The notes beneath the pieces were generated by a model. That model was given only the letters and a program-made list of their open reading frames with translations. It was not told the origin of the DNA and searched no databases. From an uncultured delta proteobacterium (GTDB lineage Bacteria; Myxococcota; UBA727; VGSZ01), in assembly GCA_963775425.1 (NCBI GenBank), contig CAVZJB010000017.1, positions 64,001 to 128,000 on the forward strand: a stretch of DNA of 64,000 nt, written 5' to 3'. The first letter of the stretch is position 1. Each line of letters begins with the position of its first letter. A program made the translations under genes and the position numbers. Of this stretch, positions 59,141 through 64,000 are shown piece after piece.

Positions 59141-59752
59141 TCAGGCCTGGTCCGCGAGGTGCTCGAGCGCGCGGCCGCCGCGGCCGACGAGGTCGGCGAG
59201 GATGCGCCGCTGTCGCGCGTCGAGGGCGTCGTGGATCCTGGCGAGCGCCGAGAACGAGGCGTCGCGCACGGCGTCGGTGGAGGTCTCGAGGTGAGAGAAC
59301 GCCTCGGCCATGTTCTCGACCTTGAAGTCGTCTCCGCGCAGCGCCTCGGCGACCTGCTTGGCGCCCTTGGCCTTCTCCTCCGCGGACCGCTTGAACGCGG
59401 CGCGCAGCTCGCGCAGCGCCTCGGCGATCACCCGCTCCTGGCCGGGCGTGGTCTGCAGCCGCTCGAAGAGGCCGCGCAAAAACACCGGGCCGGGGCCGCC
59501 CTCGTCGCCGCCGGCGCCGTCGTCGTCGAAGCCCTCGGAGCCGTGGCCCCAGGGTCCGTGATGATGGTGCCGCCGCCAGGCGCGGCCGCCTCCGTACGGG
59601 CCGCCGCAGCCGCCCCAGGAGCCGCCGCCGCAGCCGCCCCAGCCGCCGCGGCCGCAGCCGCCGCGCCGATAGCCGTACCGCCCGCCCCCGTGGTGGCGGA
59701 GGACCTTGATGAGACCGATCAGGCACGCTGTGCCGACGACGAACCCGAGCAT
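59141..59752 (-). CDS. Spy/CpxP/ZraP-like helical protein with Gly/Cys/His-rich linker
   Basis: AAGGAG RBS; N-terminal hydrophobic segment; TTPGQ and LDARQR LTxxQ-like motifs; GGCG repeats, HHHH. Confidence 0.75.
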   Translation of the reverse strand: MLGFVVGTACLIGLIKVLRHHGGGRYGYRRGGCGRGGWGGCGGGSWGGCGGPYGGGRAWRRHHHHGPWGHGSEGFDDDGAGGDEGGPGPVFLRGLFERLQTTPGQERVIAEALRELRAAFKRSAEEKAKGAKQVAEALRGDDFKVENMAEAFSHLETSTDAVRDASFSALARIHDALDARQRRILADLVGRGGRALEHLADQA

Positions 59753-59952
59753 CTTCGTTCTCCTTGCGGGCCCGGCAGGTGGGCCCGTCCTCCCTTTCGT
59801 AGGGCCCGTTCGTGAAGCGCAGCGCATGCGGATCGTGAAGTTGCATGAAGGCCGCGCTTGACCGGCCCCGGCCAGTGCGTACGGGAGAGGTACGGAAAGA
59901 GTGGCAACCAGTGGACGAGAGCGCACATACGCGCCTCGCCGAGGAGGAGATC

Positions 59953-60378
59953 ATGTTCGAGACCCGCTTGTTCGAGAATTTTGCGGACCTGGACCGCACC
60001 TTCGCCGCGCTGGACGCCGTGCGGCGCGGCTTCGAGCGCCGCACCGAGGAGCGCGTCGAGCCGCGCTTCACCGCCGAGGACACCGGCGACGCGTACGTGT
60101 GTCGCGCCGAGCTGCCGGGCGTCCCCGCGAGCGTGCTCGAGGTGACGCTGACGGGTCAGGTGCTCAAGCTGCAGGCGCGTCGCAAGCTCGACGTCCCCGC
60201 GGGCTTCACCGCCCATCGCCGCGAGCGCCCGTCGTTCGAGCTGTCGCGCAGCGTCACGCTGCCCGCCAAGGTCGACGCCGAGCGTGTCACCGCCACCGCC
60301 AAGGACGGCGTCGTCACCGTCACGCTGCCGAAGGCCGCAGAGGCCAAGCCCCGCACCATCACCGTCGAGACCGCCTGA
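59953..60378 (+). CDS. Hsp20/alpha-crystallin small heat-shock protein
   Basis: GAGGAG RBS; AELPGV, RSVTLP, AKDGVVTVTLPK, C-terminal ITV motif. Confidence 0.93.
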   Translation: MFETRLFENFADLDRTFAALDAVRRGFERRTEERVEPRFTAEDTGDAYVCRAELPGVPASVLEVTLTGQVLKLQARRKLDVPAGFTAHRRERPSFELSRSVTLPAKVDAERVTATAKDGVVTVTLPKAAEAKPRTITVETA

Positions 60379-60389
60379 GGAGGACCGCC

Positions 60390-60758
60390 ATGCAGAACCT
60401 CGAGAAACGCCAGAGCCCCCAAGTGGAACGCATGCCCCAGGCGTCGCGCCTGCGCACCGTCGCCCCCGCCGTCGACATCTACGAAGGCGCCGAGGAGACG
60501 TGGCTCGTCGCCGACCTGCCCGGAGTGAAGAAGGACGACCTGCACGTCGAGGTCGACAACGAGGAGCTGCGGTTGCGCGCGCAAGCGCACCCGTTTTCGG
60601 ACGAGAGCGCCACCTTCGAATTCTCGCGCGCCTTCCGCATCCCGCCGGGCATCGACCCACAGGCGGTGCGCGCGGATCTCAAGGACGGTGTGCTGACGCT
60701 CAAGCTGCCGAAGCCCGAGGAGAAGAAGCCCCGCAAGATCGACGTGCACGTCGCGTGA
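60390..60758 (+). CDS. Hsp20/alpha-crystallin small heat-shock protein (second)
   Basis: GAGGAGG RBS; PAVDIYE, ADLPGV, LKDGVLTLKLPK, KIDV. Confidence 0.93.
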   Translation: MQNLEKRQSPQVERMPQASRLRTVAPAVDIYEGAEETWLVADLPGVKKDDLHVEVDNEELRLRAQAHPFSDESATFEFSRAFRIPPGIDPQAVRADLKDGVLTLKLPKPEEKKPRKIDVHVA

Positions 60759-60790
60759 TCAGCCACCGGAGGGAGCGGCCGCGCCTGATC
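60757..60790. repeat. Dispersed short repeat, copy 3
   Basis: GATCAGCCACCGGAGGGAGCGGCCGCGCCTGATC: 1 mismatch to the 12254 unit; overlaps the Hsp20 stop. Confidence 0.85.
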
Positions 60791-60800
60791 GGCGCATGGG

Positions 60801-61406
60801 TCACGGCGCCGACGACGCCACCGTCGCCGGCGCCCGGTCCAGGTAGCGTTGCATGAACGTGCCGAGCTTCACGTAGCCGTCGCGCACGCCGCCCTTGATC
60901 ATCGCCTCCACGAGCGGGCCGACGATCGGGGCGTCGACCTGCAACACGGCGTCGATGTGGAGGCGGACGCCGTCGCCGACCTCGCGGAAGGCGATGGTGC
61001 CTCCGTAGCGGAGCTGCCGGCAGACCGTGGTCGCGATGAAGAAGTCGATCTTGTGCGCGCCCGTGTCGTAGCGCGAGACCTCGTCATAGCGCACCTGGTC
61101 GTCGGATCCGAAGGCGCGCAGCGGCCCCGGCAGCGTCACGGCCGGGCGCATGCGCACCGTGCGCAGGCGAACGCCGCCGTCGTCGACGTCGGAGACGAGG
61201 TCACGGCTCTTGATCCCCATGACGGGCGCCGCGGCGTCGTTGAAGGCCTCGCTGAAATAGGTGCGCACGAAGCGCTCCATCGTGACGTGCTTGAACACCT
61301 CGTCGACGACGACGGCGGTGCCGCGGCCGGAGCGCGGCTTGCATTCGGGTGCGCGGTCGCCGGCGGCGGCGACGACGAGAAGACCTGCGAGGACAGGGAC
61401 GATCAT
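60801..61406 (-). CDS. START/SRPBCC-like (DUF2505-like) protein with N-terminal hydrophobic segment
   Basis: Helix-grip pattern: YFSEAFN, beta-strand series, C-terminal PIVGPLVEAMI helix. Confidence 0.6.
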   Translation of the reverse strand: MIVPVLAGLLVVAAAGDRAPECKPRSGRGTAVVVDEVFKHVTMERFVRTYFSEAFNDAAAPVMGIKSRDLVSDVDDGGVRLRTVRMRPAVTLPGPLRAFGSDDQVRYDEVSRYDTGAHKIDFFIATTVCRQLRYGGTIAFREVGDGVRLHIDAVLQVDAPIVGPLVEAMIKGGVRDGYVKLGTFMQRYLDRAPATVASSAP

Positions 61407-61511
61407 GCGTGCGGGCTCCGCTGACGAACGCCGTAGGACACCGGGCGCAGCGAACCCGCGCACACTCCGGACACCTACGAGCTCGATGGGACCCGCGCAG
61501 CAGCGCGACGC

Positions 61512-63083
61512 CTAACCGTCGACTTTGACCGGGCGCAGCGGGCGCCGGCGGCGCCACCACCACACGACCGACAGCGCGAGGACAGCCGGGAACGCGCCTT
61601 GCGCCGGCGTCGTCGCGCAGCCGCAGCCGGTGTCCGCCGGGGGCGGCGCGGGCGGCTGCGCGTCACCCGCCAGCGCCTTGGCCGGCTGCACCAGGCCGAA
61701 GCCATAGAAGGTGTCGTGGCCGGCGGCGTCGGGCGTCGCGAACACCGACTGCTTCGCGCTGGCCGTGATGCGGGCGTTCACCTCGTCGGCCGTGAGCCCC
61801 GGCTCGTGTCCGAGCAGCAGCCCCGCGACGCCCGCCACGAGCGGGCACGCCGACGACGTGCCGCCGAAGGTGGTGGTGACGTCGCCGGGGTCGAGGCCGT
61901 CGGGGCCGGAGATGTCCGTGGTGAGCGTGCCGGTGGGGGCGACCACGTCGACGGAGTTGCCGCCGTTGGAAAACTGCGTGAGCTCGCCGAGGTTGTTGAC
62001 CGCGCCGACGCCGAGCACGCCGGGCACCGCGAGCAGCTCGTCGTCGGCGATGACGCGATCGTCGTTGCCCGAGGCGAACACCACCACCGCGCCCTTGCCG
62101 TTGCGGCCGTGCTGCTGCACCTGCACGATGGAGTCCTTGAGCGGGGTGGGGACCGGGATGGCGTCGACGAAGCCCCACGAGTTGGACACGATGTCGACCT
62201 CCTGCTCGAAGGCGAAACCGTAGGTCTGCACGTCGCTGTCGAGGGTGACGGGCTCGTCGGCGGCGGGCAGCAGGCGCGCGCAGCGCAGGCGGCACTCGGG
62301 GCACGTGCCGGCGATGTCGACGTCGTTGTCGGTGACGGCGCCGATGAGGCCGGCGCAGGCGGTGCCGTGCTCGTTGCCGTCGGCGTTCGGGACGTACGAG
62401 GGATCGCCGTCGTTTTCGAACGGGTCGAAGCCCGGGTCCATCTTGGACGCGAGATCGGGGTGCTGCATGTCGCAGCCGTTGTCGGCGACGAGCACGGTGA
62501 CGTCGGAGGAACCGGTGGAGACCGCCCACGCATCCTCGATGTCGATCTCGTCGAAGTAGAACTGACCGGGGTAGCGTGGATCGTTGGGCGGCACGTCGAC
62601 GGAGAGCGGCCGCTGCCGGAAGGCGAGGTCGGGGTACGCCTCGACGCCCTGGTGCATGAGGCGCTCGGCGAGGGCGGCGGCGTCCTCGCCCGGGCGGGTG
62701 GACTTCACCAGGCGCATGTCGAGCGCCGCGAAGATCTCGCGCACCGGCAGCGCGTCCGCGGGGACGGCCCCGCGCACGATGACGCTCGCGCCGATGCGCA
62801 CCGGGGCCGTTCGCCCCGTCAGCGGGTCGAGGAACATGCCCTCGACCGGGCTCTCGTCGGTGCCGACGTCGTCGACGACGCGGCGCACCAGGCGGACGGC
62901 GCCGCCGTCGCGGAAAGCGAAGCAGCGCGCGCCCTCGACCTCGCACGCGGCGACCACCCCGGGCGCGGCCTCGATGCGCGCGCCGCCCGCGACGACGACG
63001 GCGGCGCTCGCGGGAGCGACGAGGTCGGGCGCTTCACCGATGGCAGCGTGTGAGATCGCGATCACGACGAGCGACGAGAGCAT
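61512..63083 (-). CDS. S8 subtilisin-like serine protease with MYXO-CTERM-like anchor
   Basis: ADNG (Asp), HGTACAG (His), SNSWG, ASGN, FGGTSSACP (Ser); GCGC-TM-RRRR terminus. Confidence 0.93.
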   Translation of the reverse strand: MLSSLVVIAISHAAIGEAPDLVAPASAAVVVAGGARIEAAPGVVAACEVEGARCFAFRDGGAVRLVRRVVDDVGTDESPVEGMFLDPLTGRTAPVRIGASVIVRGAVPADALPVREIFAALDMRLVKSTRPGEDAAALAERLMHQGVEAYPDLAFRQRPLSVDVPPNDPRYPGQFYFDEIDIEDAWAVSTGSSDVTVLVADNGCDMQHPDLASKMDPGFDPFENDGDPSYVPNADGNEHGTACAGLIGAVTDNDVDIAGTCPECRLRCARLLPAADEPVTLDSDVQTYGFAFEQEVDIVSNSWGFVDAIPVPTPLKDSIVQVQQHGRNGKGAVVVFASGNDDRVIADDELLAVPGVLGVGAVNNLGELTQFSNGGNSVDVVAPTGTLTTDISGPDGLDPGDVTTTFGGTSSACPLVAGVAGLLLGHEPGLTADEVNARITASAKQSVFATPDAAGHDTFYGFGLVQPAKALAGDAQPPAPPPADTGCGCATTPAQGAFPAVLALSVVWWWRRRRPLRPVKVDG

Positions 63084-63128
63084 CGGACCCCACTGTACCC
63101 CGCGCGTCGGCCGGCTACACTCGGGCGC

Positions 63129-64000
63129 ATGGCACGCTCCCGCGAGGCCGTTTCATGGGGGGCGCCGGCATGGCTGGCGCGGCGCCCGGTCGCCGTCGGC
63201 CCGGTCGCTGTCGCCCTCGTCGCCGTCGGCCTCGTCGTCGCGGGGGCCGCCGGCTGCGAGAGGCCGCCGGTGGGGCCGCCGCCGACGGAGCCGCCGCAAG
63301 AGGGGCGCGTCGGGCCGGTGGCCTTCGAGACCTTCGTCCAGGACCGGCCGGCCATCGCGGGCAAGTGGTACGACTACAACCCCGACGGCCACACGCTCGA
63401 TCCCAAGCCCCAGGCGTGGATCGTCCGCGACACCGACCCCGACACCGGCGCCGCCCGCTTCGCCTCCTTCCGCGTCGTGTCCATCTACGACGCCGACACC
63501 GCCGACAGCGGCGTGTTCACCCTCGCGACCGCCACCTGGGACGGCGCCGCCTGGGGCGCCGAGTCGTCGTGGACCGCTTCGAAGAACATCAAGCTCGAGG
63601 GCCCGGTGTGCCTCGACCTCTTCGGCGACGTCGAAGCGGACTGCGCGTCGGACGCGTGGCAGGTGCGCTTCGCCATCTTCCAGTACTTCTCCCCGCTCGC
63701 CGGCATCGCCGTCGCCGACCCGGGCATCTTCGTGCGCAGCGTCGACGGCACCGACGCCTTCGGCGACGTCCGCATCGCCCGCGAAGACGGCGTCACCGCC
63801 CTCGCCGACCTCCCCGACCCCTCGGCCCTGGGCAACCTCGAGGACGCGCCGCCGCCTGCCTACGACGGCACCGACTGGGACTTCGGCAAGCTCGGGCCGG
63901 ACCTCCCGCGCGCGGGCATGGCCCTCGGCTCGCGCTTCGTCGACGACGGCTTCACCGGGCGCGACGACGTGTGGTGGCTCATGAGCTTCCGCTACGAGCT
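63129..64000 (+). CDS. HmuY-like lipoprotein (3' partial)
   Basis: Open from ATG 63129 to the window end; AAGC lipobox; WYDYNPDGHTLDPKPQAWIVR...FRVVSIYD...SGVFTL resembles the HmuY C-terminal signature; absent from ORF track. Confidence 0.65.
   Translation, partial: MARSREAVSWGAPAWLARRPVAVGPVAVALVAVGLVVAGAAGCERPPVGPPPTEPPQEGRVGPVAFETFVQDRPAIAGKWYDYNPDGHTLDPKPQAWIVRDTDPDTGAARFASFRVVSIYDADTADSGVFTLATATWDGAAWGAESSWTASKNIKLEGPVCLDLFGDVEADCASDAWQVRFAIFQYFSPLAGIAVADPGIFVRSVDGTDAFGDVRIAREDGVTALADLPDPSALGNLEDAPPPAYDGTDWDFGKLGPDLPRAGMALGSRFVDDGFTGRDDVWWLMSFRYE

Noticed and set aside
59901-59927. CIRCE-like site upstream of the Hsp20 genes (GTGGCAACC-N9-GAGCGCACA)
   Set aside because: Only 11/18 matches to TTAGCACTC-N9-GAGTGCTAA; the context is suggestive but too degenerate to call.
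1-64000. Visual abundance of GTCGAC/TCGA as a HIP1-like signal
   Set aside because: Largely explicable by GTC-GAC and CTC-GAG codon pairs; it needs a codon-controlled enrichment test that I cannot run.

Overview
High-GC bacterial chromosomal window, very likely Myxococcota (three C-terminal MYXO-CTERM-like anchors, many lipoproteins). I found no rRNA, tRNA, CRISPR, integrase or transposase. From left to right: a partial GreA/GreB gene, a SnoaL-fused ECF sigma factor, two lipoproteins, and a nested palindromic repeat cassette that includes a GTAG-type REP doublet. Next is a translationally coupled cluster of two cobalamin-dependent radical SAM enzymes, a heme-oxygenase-like diiron enzyme and a Tat-exported MBL-fold lipoprotein. 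This is followed by two paralogous secreted lipases, gpmI, and a copZ-copA-csoR operon with a CsoR operator. A cyclic-nucleotide neighbourhood follows: a secreted transglutaminase-like/TPR protein, a CHASE2-adenylate cyclase-PilZ fusion, a SWIM-finger DNA ligase, a 5'-nucleotidase and an NDH-2 fused to a cNMP-binding domain. Then come an orphan DNA methyltransferase, a large beta-propeller lipoprotein, and two collinear ~3,800-aa Ig/cadherin-repeat surface proteins in tandem (23 kb). The window ends with RluE, a His-rich two-component module including an unannotated 44-aa protein, two Hsp20 genes, a START-like protein, a subtilase and a partial HmuY-like lipoprotein. The best candidates for undescribed systems are the rSAM-HDO-MBL-rSAM cluster, the c-di-GMP/cAMP-linked cyclase/protease/NDH-2 locus, and the twin giant adhesins with a strong Asp-to-Asn skew. 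All family assignments come from motif recognition by eye; no searches were run.
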